From Marinicella sp. (GTDB lineage Bacteria > Pseudomonadota > Gammaproteobacteria > Xanthomonadales > Marinicellaceae): a stretch of DNA of 64,000 bases. Position 1 is the stretch's first letter. Each line of letters starts with the position of its first letter. The stretch is taken from the NCBI GenBank assembly GCA_965230295.1, contig OZ246001.1:1856001-1920000 (forward strand). The letters run 5' to 3'. Under the pieces are notes generated by a model. The model ran no database searches. It was not told where the DNA came from and saw only the letters and a program-made list of their open reading frames with translations. Below, piece by piece: positions 1 to 9,450 of the stretch. The translations under genes and the position numbers were made by a program.

Positions 1-1
1 G

Positions 2-1093
2 AGTCAGAACATCACGACTGCCAACGAACCGTACCAAACCCTACCAGAAATCAATTTTTCATGGTTTGAATATAATTATCAGCAACAGTTGAATTACGGC
101 ATCACTTCGGAGCTGGTTAATTTTTATCGCGAGGATTCAGTCGGTGCTTGGCGCAGCGACATCACGCCCTGGGTTGAAAAACAGTGGTCCAATGCCTGGG
201 GTTATGTCAAGCCTAAACTACAATACCGAAGCACCCATTATCAGTTTGATGATGATCGCAATGATTTATCCAGGAACTTACCCATTGCATCATTGGATTT
301 GGGTGTGAGTTTTGAAAAAAGTGTGGATTCAGGTGGTTATAAATCAATTGAACCCCGTTTGTTTTATGTGTATGCCCCTGAACGTGATCAGACGGACATC
401 CCCATTTTTGACAGCCGTGAACTGACTTTTGGTTCATCTTTGTTGTTCCAAACCAACCGATTTTCAGGTGCTGATCGCCAATCGGACATGAATCAAGTGG
501 CTGCGGCAGTGACACACCGAAGTTTTGCTGCCAATGGACGTGAACTTTGGAACTTCACCATGGGTCAAATCAAATATTTTGATGATCAAATGGTACAAAT
601 CAACAATCAACCTGAAGATTTAACGAAATCTCCATTGGTGATTGAATACAATCACTTCCTGACTCGTTATTGGAATGCAGGATTGAGCCTGCATTATGAC
701 CAATCCAAATCAGAAATTGAAAGGGGCTTGTTCAGGGTACAAAGAAAAGGAGCCAATCAGAGTGTGTTCAATTTTGCGTATCGATACCGACGCAATCAAC
801 TGGAACAGTTTGACACTTCCTTTGTTATTCCAATCAAAGATCAACATCGGATCATTGCGCGCTGGAACTACTCCACCCGAGAAAATAAGACCATTGAAGC
901 ACTGTTTGGTTATGAGCGGAAAAACTGTTGTTGGGCTTTTCGTTTGATGGGCCGACATTACCTGACAGATGAGTCAGGTCAAAAGAACAATGGCATTTAT
1001 GCAGAAATAGAATTTAATGGTTTGGGTTCCATCGGTCGGAATCCAAGACGCATACTTAAACAAACCATATCAGGATATCAAGAGGCCTTATAA
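2..1093 (+). CDS. lptD: LPS-assembly outer membrane protein LptD, C-terminal part (5' end outside window)
   Basis: Frame open from position 2; IEPRLFYVY, NRFSGADR and CCW motifs; directly upstream of surA-pdxA-rsmA. Confidence 0.95.
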   Translation, partial: SQNITTANEPYQTLPEINFSWFEYNYQQQLNYGITSELVNFYREDSVGAWRSDITPWVEKQWSNAWGYVKPKLQYRSTHYQFDDDRNDLSRNLPIASLDLGVSFEKSVDSGGYKSIEPRLFYVYAPERDQTDIPIFDSRELTFGSSLLFQTNRFSGADRQSDMNQVAAAVTHRSFAANGRELWNFTMGQIKYFDDQMVQINNQPEDLTKSPLVIEYNHFLTRYWNAGLSLHYDQSKSEIERGLFRVQRKGANQSVFNFAYRYRRNQLEQFDTSFVIPIKDQHRIIARWNYSTRENKTIEALFGYERKNCCWAFRLMGRHYLTDESGQKNNGIYAEIEFNGLGSIGRNPRRILKQTISGYQEAL

Positions 1094-1094
1094 A

Positions 1095-2354
1095 ATGAAT
1101 AAATTTTTACTGTTGTTATTATTTTCTTCATTTGCTGTAACTGCAGCTGAAGAATTGTTAGATGAAATCGTGGCGGTTGTTGATGACAGTGTCATCATGC
1201 GCACCGAGCTGGATCGCGCTGTGGCGTCCATTGAAAGGCAAATCGAAGCCAGTGGTAACCAAATTCCTCCGGCGGATATTTTAAATGCCCAAGTGTTGGA
1301 GCGATTGATTGTTCAGGAAATTCAAATCGGTCGTGCCGAGTTGGTCGGGATCAGGGTTTCTGACGCTGAAGTGGATGCAGCGCTCAGTAACATCGCCAAC
1401 CAAAATGGTTTAACGTTACCGCAGATGCAACAAACCATTGAGCAAGACGGTTTCAACTTCGTGGATTTTCGACGTGACATGAAGCGTGACATGCAAGCAG
1501 AACGTGTCCGTTATGCCTATGCCAATTCCAATGTAAAAATCAGCGATCACGAAATTGATTTGTTTTTGGCTGACAATGAACTGGATCAAGGTGAAGTTGA
1601 AATCCAACATATTTTGATTGCCACCAGTTCAGACAACGATGCTGAGGCCACAGAAGCGGCACAAAAAAAGGCCAATGAATTGTTTGACAAAATCCAAGCA
1701 GGTGAAAACTTTGCAGGTTTGGCCACACAGTATTCAGATGGCCAAAAAGCCTTGGAAGGTGGTCGTTTGGGCTGGCGCCCAGTGAATCAACTGCCGCCAT
1801 TGTTCTCGGAACAAGTCAAATTAATGGATGCTGGAGAAGTGACCCGCCCAATCCGTTCACCCAGTGGCTACCATATTTTGAAATTGTTGGATAGGAAAAG
1901 CGAAACGGTAAAAAAGGTGGACCAATACAACATGCTACACATCATGGTTGAGACCAATGAAGTCATGTCTCCAAGAGCAGGCATGGATGTGGCCAATGAT
2001 TTACATGAAAAAATCATGGCTGGCGAAGATTTTTCTCAATTGGCTGAAGAACATTCGGATGACCACAGTTCAGCACCCTTGGGTGGAGACATGGGTTGGT
2101 TCGAGGCCAATAAATTTGGCCCAAGAATCGGTGATGTGTTGAAAACTTTAGAACTCAACGAAGTGTCACAACCATTCCAAACCGAAGCAGGCTGGCACAT
2201 CATCAAATTTCTGGGTAAAAAAGAATCTGATATCACCGAAGAGTTTAAACGAGCCCAAGCATCTAATGCCATCAGAGAACGGAAAGTTCAAGAACTCATT
2301 GAATCTTGGATACGTGAAATCCGTGGTGAGGCATTTGTTGATATCAGGATTTAA
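1095..2354 (+). CDS. surA: Periplasmic chaperone/PPIase SurA
   Basis: Signal peptide MNKFLLLLL; IVAVVD N-domain; two parvulin domains (GGRLGW, GGDMGW); start moved to ATG 1095. Confidence 0.95.
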   Translation: MNKFLLLLLFSSFAVTAAEELLDEIVAVVDDSVIMRTELDRAVASIERQIEASGNQIPPADILNAQVLERLIVQEIQIGRAELVGIRVSDAEVDAALSNIANQNGLTLPQMQQTIEQDGFNFVDFRRDMKRDMQAERVRYAYANSNVKISDHEIDLFLADNELDQGEVEIQHILIATSSDNDAEATEAAQKKANELFDKIQAGENFAGLATQYSDGQKALEGGRLGWRPVNQLPPLFSEQVKLMDAGEVTRPIRSPSGYHILKLLDRKSETVKKVDQYNMLHIMVETNEVMSPRAGMDVANDLHEKIMAGEDFSQLAEEHSDDHSSAPLGGDMGWFEANKFGPRIGDVLKTLELNEVSQPFQTEAGWHIIKFLGKKESDITEEFKRAQASNAIRERKVQELIESWIREIRGEAFVDIRI

Positions 2355-2372
2355 CAGAGACCCATCGCAGCC

Positions 2373-3305
2373 ATGATTGCAATCACAGTTGGGGAACCAG
2401 CAGGTATTGGAATTGAGCTGATAGGCCAGTTGGCAATCAACAATGAATTACAAGATTGTGTGTTGGTTGGTGACGAGCATTTGATCAAGCAGTCTTTGCC
2501 AGCGGCCGCAGAAGTGGCCATCCAGCATATACCTTTGGCAGCTCCGAGTACTTTGGGACAATTAGACCCCCGCAATGCGGCATATGTTTTAAAAACCATA
2601 GAAGCCGCAGCCATGGGGTGCTTGTCCGGATCCTATACAGCGATGGTTACCTGTCCCATTCACAAAGGTGTCATCAATGATGCGGGCATACCATTTTCAG
2701 GACACACTGAATACCTGGCTGAAATCACCAACACGGATAAGGTGGTGATGATGTTACTTAACGATGTGATGCGAGTTGCTTTGGTGACAACCCACATTCC
2801 TTTGAAGGATGTGGCTGCCCAAATAACGAAAACCGAGCTTCAACAAGTCACAAAAATTTTGCATGCTGACATGACCCAAAAATTTGGCATTTCAGACCCT
2901 AGAATTGGTGTCTGTGGACTCAATCCACATGCTGGAGAAGAGGGCCATTTGGGTCGGGAAGAATTAGACACCATCATTCCTGCATTGGAAGAGTTAAGAA
3001 CCGATGGCATGGATTTGGTTGGGCCAATTCCGGCAGACACCTTATTCACTCCTGTAAAAGTTAAACAATACGATGCCATTTTGGCCATGTACCATGACCA
3101 GGGTTTGGCACCGCTCAAGTATGCCGGATTTGGAAACTCGGTCAACATCACCTTGGGTCTACCGATCATACGTACCAGTGTCGATCACGGCACAGCATTG
3201 GACATCGCCGGTCAAGGTAAAGCCCAAGCAGGCAGTTTACGCGCTGCATTGCAGCTGGCCAAAGATTGTGTTTACAGAACACAACAAACCAGGTCTCTGT
3301 CATGA
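2373..3305 (+). CDS. pdxA: 4-hydroxythreonine-4-phosphate dehydrogenase
   Basis: GEPAGIG, GHTEYL, LNPHAGE, MYHDQG, RTSVDHGTA motifs. Confidence 0.97.
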   Translation: MIAITVGEPAGIGIELIGQLAINNELQDCVLVGDEHLIKQSLPAAAEVAIQHIPLAAPSTLGQLDPRNAAYVLKTIEAAAMGCLSGSYTAMVTCPIHKGVINDAGIPFSGHTEYLAEITNTDKVVMMLLNDVMRVALVTTHIPLKDVAAQITKTELQQVTKILHADMTQKFGISDPRIGVCGLNPHAGEEGHLGREELDTIIPALEELRTDGMDLVGPIPADTLFTPVKVKQYDAILAMYHDQGLAPLKYAGFGNSVNITLGLPIIRTSVDHGTALDIAGQGKAQAGSLRAALQLAKDCVYRTQQTRSLS

Positions 3306-4060
3306 AAGCCAAAAAAGGCTTGGGACAGAACTTTCTGCATGATGATGGGGTGATCAACAACATTGTTAAGATCATCAATCCCCAGGCAGGTGATAAACTG
3401 ATTGAAATTGGCCCTGGACATGGTGCCATCACCCGTTACCTGCAAGCCAGTGGTGCGGATTTACAATTGATAGAATTGGATCATGACTTGATCCCGCTGT
3501 TAGAGCAAAAGTTTGGTTCATTCGAGAATGTGCGGTTACATCACATGGACGCATTGCAGCTGATGCTTGAAAACGGGCCTTATACTGTGGTTGGCAATTT
3601 GCCCTATAACATATCATCGCCTTTGTTGATTAACATGCTGTATCAGTCGGATCAAATTGAACAAATGATTTTCATGTTACAAAAAGAAGTGGTGCAACGC
3701 ATTTGTGCAGAACCCGGGGCCAAACTGTTTGGCCGTTTGTCAGTCATGCTACAACACCGGTTTGATTGTATCGGGCATTTAACCATTCCACCGGAAGCTT
3801 TCAATCCTCGGCCCAAAATTGACTCTCAGATCATTCAATTGGTGACCAAAAAAGCCCCCACAAAAGTCGATCTTTCTGCGTTGGAAAAACTGGTCAAACA
3901 AGCCTTCGCTATGCGTCGCAAAACCATCCGTAACAACTTGAAAAAGATGGTCAGTTCAGAGCAGTTGGAGGCCGTGGGTATAGATCCAGGCCAACGCGCG
4001 GAAACCATTGCAGTTCATCAATTTGAACAATTGGCATTGGCCTTACAACAGTCACCCTAA
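3302..4060 (+). CDS. rsmA: 16S rRNA adenine dimethyltransferase RsmA/KsgA
   Basis: KKGLGQNFL, EIGPGHG, NLPYNIS; ATGA overlap with pdxA. Confidence 0.97.
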   Translation: MKAKKGLGQNFLHDDGVINNIVKIINPQAGDKLIEIGPGHGAITRYLQASGADLQLIELDHDLIPLLEQKFGSFENVRLHHMDALQLMLENGPYTVVGNLPYNISSPLLINMLYQSDQIEQMIFMLQKEVVQRICAEPGAKLFGRLSVMLQHRFDCIGHLTIPPEAFNPRPKIDSQIIQLVTKKAPTKVDLSALEKLVKQAFAMRRKTIRNNLKKMVSSEQLEAVGIDPGQRAETIAVHQFEQLALALQQSP

Positions 4061-4063
4061 ATC

Positions 4064-4663
4064 ATGTTAATCAAAGACCTTGCAGCGTTACCCAGTTGTT
4101 TCATTACGGCCACCGACACCGATGCCGGAAAAACCTTTGTCTCAAGTCAAATCTTATCAGCCTGGCAAGACCAGGGCTTGAATGTAGCTGCTTTCAAACC
4201 CATTGCTTCAGGTGCCATTTGGCAGAATGGCAAATTGGTCAGTGAAGATGCCATCGAGCTGGCGAAAGTGACCGGCCAGAGCCTGGATGAAATCAATCCA
4301 TTCACTTTTGAACAACCAGCCTCGCCGCACATCGCAGACACCAACGGTGAGTTCGTTTTGCATGAATGTGTGGCTCAACTCAAGGTGCTGCAAGACAAAT
4401 ATGATCGCGTGCTGGTTGAGGGTGTGGGCGGCTGGTGTGTGCCATTGAATGGTGAGTTGATGCTTAAAGATTTGGTACAAGCCGTCGATTTACCGGTGAT
4501 CATGGTGGCCAAAATCGGTTTAGGCTGCATCAACCACAGTCTACTGACCATCGACAAAATCAGGCAAGACACCAACTTATACCATGGCTGGATCGCCAAT
4601 CAGATCGACCCACATTTTGCTGACGCTGACGCCAATATTGAGGCCATCGAATCAAGGTGTTGA
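4064..4663 (+). CDS. bioD: Dethiobiotin synthase (C-terminus looks short)
   Basis: FITATDTDAGKT P-loop, FKPIASG, VEGVGG, LGCINH. Confidence 0.93.
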   Translation: MLIKDLAALPSCFITATDTDAGKTFVSSQILSAWQDQGLNVAAFKPIASGAIWQNGKLVSEDAIELAKVTGQSLDEINPFTFEQPASPHIADTNGEFVLHECVAQLKVLQDKYDRVLVEGVGGWCVPLNGELMLKDLVQAVDLPVIMVAKIGLGCINHSLLTIDKIRQDTNLYHGWIANQIDPHFADADANIEAIESRC

Positions 4664-4930
4664 CTGCGTTCAGCCAATGCTTTGTTCTGATATCTTCTGT
4701 CCGGGCATAAACTATGAACCCATAGCCATGAATTGAGTAAGGTCATCGGCGATCGGGACGATTGTGCTCCAATGATTGCCTATGGATGATTGATCTTGAA
4801 ACCATGAAGAAAATATCGAAGTTCATCAAATTGTCATTGTCCTGCCATAAAAACAAAACTTATTGAAATTACACTCTCAATTTTTCTTTGAGCGGTTGTT
4901 AAACCACGACACCCATATTTGGAGATTTTT

Positions 4931-6472
4931 ATGAAAGTGATTAATTGGTATACCATCAAAACAATTATTCTGTTGGCAGTAACGTGTGGCACCCATGCGA
5001 GCATCAAATTGGACAAAATCAACAGCCTGTCAACAGGATTAGGCGAGGGCTCTGGCGAGATCAGCAGTTATGATGCCGGCAGTCAAAAACTGTTTGTGAT
5101 TAACTCGGGCTTTGCTTCATTCAGTATCTTTGACTTGACTGACCCCGCCACATCCAGCGGCAGCACTGTCATCGACCTGAGTTCATTTGGCGCAGGGCCG
5201 AACAGCATCGCCAGTTACAATGGCCTGGTGGCAGTTGCGATTGAAGCGAACACAGTCACTGACAATGGCACCGTGGAATTTTTTGATGTTGATGGCGTAC
5301 ACCAGACCAGCGTTACCGTGGGTGCCTTGCCTGACATGCTGACCTTTAATCAAGACGGCACAAAACTCATAGTGGCCAATGAAGGCGAACCGGATAACGG
5401 CATTAATCCGTTGGGGTCAATCAGTATCATTGATATCAATAATGGTGTGCCCGCAGCCAATGCCAACAATTTAAGTTTCAGCGCTTTCAATGTGGGTCAA
5501 CCCAGGAATGGTGAATTACCAGTTGATGTCATCATTGCTCCTGGTGTTGCAGTTGCAGATGATTTAGAGCCTGAATATGTGGCCATCAGTGTGGACAATA
5601 CCCAGGCGTTTGTTACCTTGCAAGAAAACAATGCGGTGGCTGTCATTGACCTGGTAACACCAGCGATCAGCAGTATCCAGGCTTTGGGGTTTAAAGATCA
5701 CAGCCTAGCAGGTAATGAATTGGATCCCAGTGACAGGGATGGCAATGGTGGTTCTGGTGCCATCAATATCAACAACTGGCCAGTTAAAGGCATCTATATG
5801 CCCGATGCGATTGCTACAGTTAACATTCAGGGTACTGATTACTACTTAACGGCCAATGAAGGTGACGCCCGTGATGAGGATCAGAGAATCAAAGATTTGG
5901 TGTTAGATCCCACGGCTTTTCCTGATGCTGCAAACTTACAACTGGACGCTCAACTGGGACGATTGGATGCCCAAACCAATTTAGGCAATACGCCCAATGG
6001 TTTTTCTGAATTGTTTGTTTATGGCGGTCGATCATTCTCAATCTGGAATGGAATCACAGGTGCCCAGGTGTTCGACTCTGGCAGCGAAATAGCTTATAAA
6101 ATTGCAGAATTAACGCCGGGATTGTTCAATGCCAACAATGCCTCTGCTGCTGATTTTGATGAGCGAAGTGACAACAAAGGTGCAGAACCAGAAGGCATTA
6201 CCACAGCAAACATCAATGATAAAGTATATGCTTTTGTGGGTCTGGAGCGGGTTGGTGGTGTCATGGTATATGACGTGACCGATCCAGCACTGGCCAGTTT
6301 TGAAAGTTATCAGCCTGCCACCGATGGTGATGTGGCACCTGAAGGTTTGTTATTCATTGCAGGTAGTGATAATGGTTCAGGTCAGGACTTGTTATTGGTC
6401 AGTTATGAAGATACAGGAACCATTGGTATCTTTCGTTTGATCGATGTAATTTTTGAAAACAGCTTCGAGTAA
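4931..6472 (+). CDS. Secreted choice-of-anchor I / alkaline-phosphatase-associated beta-propeller protein ending in DVIFENSFE
   Basis: Signal peptide; GALPDMLTF, VANEGEP, DLEPEY, TLQENNA, YMPDAI, TANEGD, RSDNKGAEPEG, GLERVGG motifs; GGAGA RBS before ATG 4931. Confidence 0.85.
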   Translation: MKVINWYTIKTIILLAVTCGTHASIKLDKINSLSTGLGEGSGEISSYDAGSQKLFVINSGFASFSIFDLTDPATSSGSTVIDLSSFGAGPNSIASYNGLVAVAIEANTVTDNGTVEFFDVDGVHQTSVTVGALPDMLTFNQDGTKLIVANEGEPDNGINPLGSISIIDINNGVPAANANNLSFSAFNVGQPRNGELPVDVIIAPGVAVADDLEPEYVAISVDNTQAFVTLQENNAVAVIDLVTPAISSIQALGFKDHSLAGNELDPSDRDGNGGSGAININNWPVKGIYMPDAIATVNIQGTDYYLTANEGDARDEDQRIKDLVLDPTAFPDAANLQLDAQLGRLDAQTNLGNTPNGFSELFVYGGRSFSIWNGITGAQVFDSGSEIAYKIAELTPGLFNANNASAADFDERSDNKGAEPEGITTANINDKVYAFVGLERVGGVMVYDVTDPALASFESYQPATDGDVAPEGLLFIAGSDNGSGQDLLLVSYEDTGTIGIFRLIDVIFENSFE

Positions 6473-6492
6473 TTTTACTGGTCACAGGCCAA

Positions 6493-6562
6493 GAACGTTG
6501 ACTGAAGTCAACGCTCCAAATGAGTATTCAGTATCAACGGAGTGTCGGTTTCAGTCGATGTC
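6493..6562. repeat. Inverted pair of GGAG-type REP-like palindromes (REPIN-like doublet)
   Basis: 6493-6517 (revcomp GGAGCGTTGACTTCAGTCAACGTTC) and 6539-6562 (GGAGTGTCGGTTTCAGTCGATGTC); third relative at 23732-23756. Confidence 0.65.
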
Positions 6563-6574
6563 AGGTGGTTGAAT

Positions 6575-6954
6575 TTAGGAATGTTCTTGGGGCTTCATTC
6601 TGGTTCATGGTCTGACAGGTCTTCATATTTGCTGCGCAAATAAACCGACCTTTACAGACTATTGTCTGAGCAGTTGCTTCGCACTGCATGTCTGTTCCAG
6701 ACAAAAGTGAAAACGACTGCTTACATGGATGTAAGTATGCAGCGATAGCAGGCAGGAATTGTTCCCAACAATTCTCTGCATTCACCCCGTCCTGGGGATC
6801 GATGCGGTAGCTGCCGAGGCGAACATGACTTGCTACCTCGCACGCACTGCGGCATTCAAATCGGGCTTCTTCATCTTCGATGAAACCGCCAACCTTTCAT
6901 CACCTGCGCTGCCTAACCGGCTTGGTGGGTCAAGCTGCTCAGCAGCTTTCCTAA
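6575..6954. repeat. MITE-like modular structured repeat, copy 1
   Basis: 6578-6717 matches 41725-41864 at 136/140 nt; further blocks shared with 36933-37266; bounded by TTAGGAA...TTCCTAA. Confidence 0.85.
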
Positions 6955-7000
6955 GTACACCACCACTGTCAACATGTAAGCATCCGGGTCACTTGCCCCA

Positions 7001-8239
7001 TTAATTCTTTTGCAAGGCCTGGATCGGGTCCAGTTCAGCCGCTTGTTTGGCTGGATAATAGCCAAAGGCAATGCCAGTCAATAAACACACCCCAACGGCC
7101 AGTATGATGGAAAAAATGCTCCATGCCACTGGCCAGGCGGCAAACGATTGAATCAAGAATGACAAGGCTATGCCCATAATGATTCCTAAAACAGCCCCGA
7201 AGGCAGCGATGGTGGCACTTTCAATCAGGAATTGGTTTTTGATGTCAACCTTGCGCGCACCCAGCGCACGTAACAAGCCGATTTCTTTGGTCCGTTCCAG
7301 CACTGTGGCCAGCATGATGTTCATGATTCCAATACCACCTACCAACAAAGAAATGCCGGCAATGCTGGACATCACAATGGTGAAGATCTGTTGGGTTTGG
7401 TTTTGTTGATTCAACAAAGATGCCGGCACCACAATCTGGTAGTCATCAATGTTGCCATGGCGACGCTTGAGCAAACGGTCTATGGCCACTGAAGCCAATT
7501 GTGGTTTGATGGACTGATCGAGCCCAACCCGGATGGTGTCCAGCTGACTTTCAAGCATCTCCAGCTTCAGTCGCTTGAAAGCGGTTTCGACCGGGATGAA
7601 AATCTGATTGTGTTCAGCACCTAATTTGATGCCTTGGATTTCGTCTTTGCTCAATTCGTCTTTGCGCAAAATGCCGACCACTTCAACCCATAAGTGGTTG
7701 ATCTTGATGCGTTGTCCCAGGGCATTTTCTCCAGGGAACAGCTGTTCAGCCGCTTCAGAACCAATCACCGCCACCTGAGCAAATTCAGCGTTGGCCTCTG
7801 CACCAAATAAGCGACCTTCAGACACTTCCAGGTTTGACATGGCAAAACAGTTGGGAGACACCGCTTTAACGGCACCATCTGAGTTGGCATTGACAGAAAA
7901 CAAACTCCATGTTTTTAGGGTTTTTTCGCCACATGTTTGTTCAACAAATGGCAGGCTGTCCTGTATGGCACGCACATCATTCATCGACAAGCCCAAGGTG
8001 TCTTCGCGAATTTCTTTCAAGGTTTCCTGGTCAAAAGTTTTTTCTTCTATGACCAAATTTCTTAAGCCCATCTTTTCAATCAAACGGGTGGCCTCAGCTT
8101 TGGCACCTTCACCAATGCTGAGCATGGCAATCACCGCACCCACGCCAAAAACCATGCCCAATAGGGTCAACAAAGTGCGCAACTTGTGATGCATCATTTC
8201 AGAAATGGCGTGGCGTAAGTTGATGCTCAAGGTGTTCAC
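7001..8239 (-). CDS. MacB/FtsX-type ABC transporter permease
   Basis: LRTLLTLLGMVFGVGAVI, SLLVGGIGIMNIML, ERTKEIG, GYYPAKQAA motifs. Confidence 0.93.
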   Translation of the reverse strand: MNTLSINLRHAISEMMHHKLRTLLTLLGMVFGVGAVIAMLSIGEGAKAEATRLIEKMGLRNLVIEEKTFDQETLKEIREDTLGLSMNDVRAIQDSLPFVEQTCGEKTLKTWSLFSVNANSDGAVKAVSPNCFAMSNLEVSEGRLFGAEANAEFAQVAVIGSEAAEQLFPGENALGQRIKINHLWVEVVGILRKDELSKDEIQGIKLGAEHNQIFIPVETAFKRLKLEMLESQLDTIRVGLDQSIKPQLASVAIDRLLKRRHGNIDDYQIVVPASLLNQQNQTQQIFTIVMSSIAGISLLVGGIGIMNIMLATVLERTKEIGLLRALGARKVDIKNQFLIESATIAAFGAVLGIIMGIALSFLIQSFAAWPVAWSIFSIILAVGVCLLTGIAFGYYPAKQAAELDPIQALQKN

Positions 8240-9450
8240 AGGCGAGCCTCCAGAACCATGTCAACAGGTTGGGTCAAAGCCACCTCATCACCATCTGATA
8301 AGCCAGATTCAATGGTGCACATGCTGGAGCTACAAAAGCCGGTTTGGATCGACTGCTGTTTGAATTGTTCTCCATTTTTGACAAAAACCCAGGTTCGGTC
8401 TTCGACCCTGAAGACAGTTTGGATGGGTACTACCAACCCCTGGTTTTGTTCCACAACGCGGATACTGGCATCCAGTCTTTGACCCGGTTTGAGCCGTTCA
8501 TCACCGGTGGCATTAATGGCGACGGTCACGGTAAAATATTTAACCGGGTTGTCCCGCTCTTTGGGTTGAGCGGTTTGGCTGATTGAACTGACCGTGCCAT
8601 CGTAAATGGCGCCTTGAAATGCGTGTAAGGTAACTGTGACGCCCACACCTTCTTTGATGCCGATGGCTTCAACCTCAGGCACAAAAACCTTGGCTTGCAT
8701 GGCACTCAAATCGGGCAGTTTGGCCAGTTTAGCACCTGGGAAAACCGATTTTCCAGGTTCAGGCAGTGAGCCGTCCCAGCTGGGTTCGAGTACGAATAAA
8801 CCATCATGTGGCGCCCTGATTTCTAAAGCGCTTAAACTGGCGTTGTTCATTTCCAGTTTGGCCACCTGTTTTTGTTTAGAGCTCTCCAGCACTGCTTTTT
8901 CAGAAGCGGATTTTTCCTCATAGTTGTCCTCAACCTTATCAATGTGGTCAGATTTGGCTTTCAGAAAATCCTCGTTGTCACCTGCTTCAATCATTTCAAT
9001 CTTGGTGTACAGCAACGGATCGTCGATGTTGAATTGTTTGGCCAGTTCATACTCGTAATCAATGACTTGAGATTCGGCATCAAAACTGAACTGCGTGTTA
9101 TCAATTTCACGTTCTTTGGCCAACATTGAATACATGATTTTTTGAATCTCAAAACTGGTCTCATCCACTTCTAACTGAAACTTTGATCCATCGAATCGGG
9201 CCACCACCTCACCGGCCTTGACAGGCGTAAATTGTGGCATGATCCAGGCCAAGGTTTGTGGTCGTCTGGAAGCTGCTGGCGCAGTGATGGGAGTGGACTT
9301 AACGGCTTCTAATTCACCTTCGGCGTGGATTTCAAACACCACTTCACCTTGGGCAACAGTGATCACCGGAGTGGCTGTTTTTTCATCACTGCCACACGCT
9401 GACAAACCCAGTACCATGCCCATCAATATGATCTTTCTGTTCATGTTCAC
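8236..9450 (-). CDS. Efflux periplasmic adaptor (MacA/HlyD-type), lipoprotein
   Basis: Lipobox LSAC; VKAGEVV and IRAPHDG lipoyl halves; helical hairpin; C-terminal GLSDGDEV membrane-proximal domain. Confidence 0.88.
   Translation of the reverse strand: MNMNRKIILMGMVLGLSACGSDEKTATPVITVAQGEVVFEIHAEGELEAVKSTPITAPAASRRPQTLAWIMPQFTPVKAGEVVARFDGSKFQLEVDETSFEIQKIMYSMLAKEREIDNTQFSFDAESQVIDYEYELAKQFNIDDPLLYTKIEMIEAGDNEDFLKAKSDHIDKVEDNYEEKSASEKAVLESSKQKQVAKLEMNNASLSALEIRAPHDGLFVLEPSWDGSLPEPGKSVFPGAKLAKLPDLSAMQAKVFVPEVEAIGIKEGVGVTVTLHAFQGAIYDGTVSSISQTAQPKERDNPVKYFTVTVAINATGDERLKPGQRLDASIRVVEQNQGLVVPIQTVFRVEDRTWVFVKNGEQFKQQSIQTGFCSSSMCTIESGLSDGDEVALTQPVDMVLEARL

Noticed and set aside
6498-6511. TTGAC-TGAA-GTCAA as a second FNR box
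   Set aside because: It is the stem of a REP-like palindrome between convergent genes, not in a promoter
6575-6954. Modular repeat as a group II intron remnant, riboswitch or ERIC
   Set aside because: No domain V, riboswitch core or ERIC terminal sequence recognised; copies occur both 5' and 3' of unrelated genes
6561-7004. ORFs 6561-6785 and 6759-7004 (also 37086-37283 and 41663-41857)
   Set aside because: They lie within the modular repeat; reading frames are not preserved between copies and show no protein motifs
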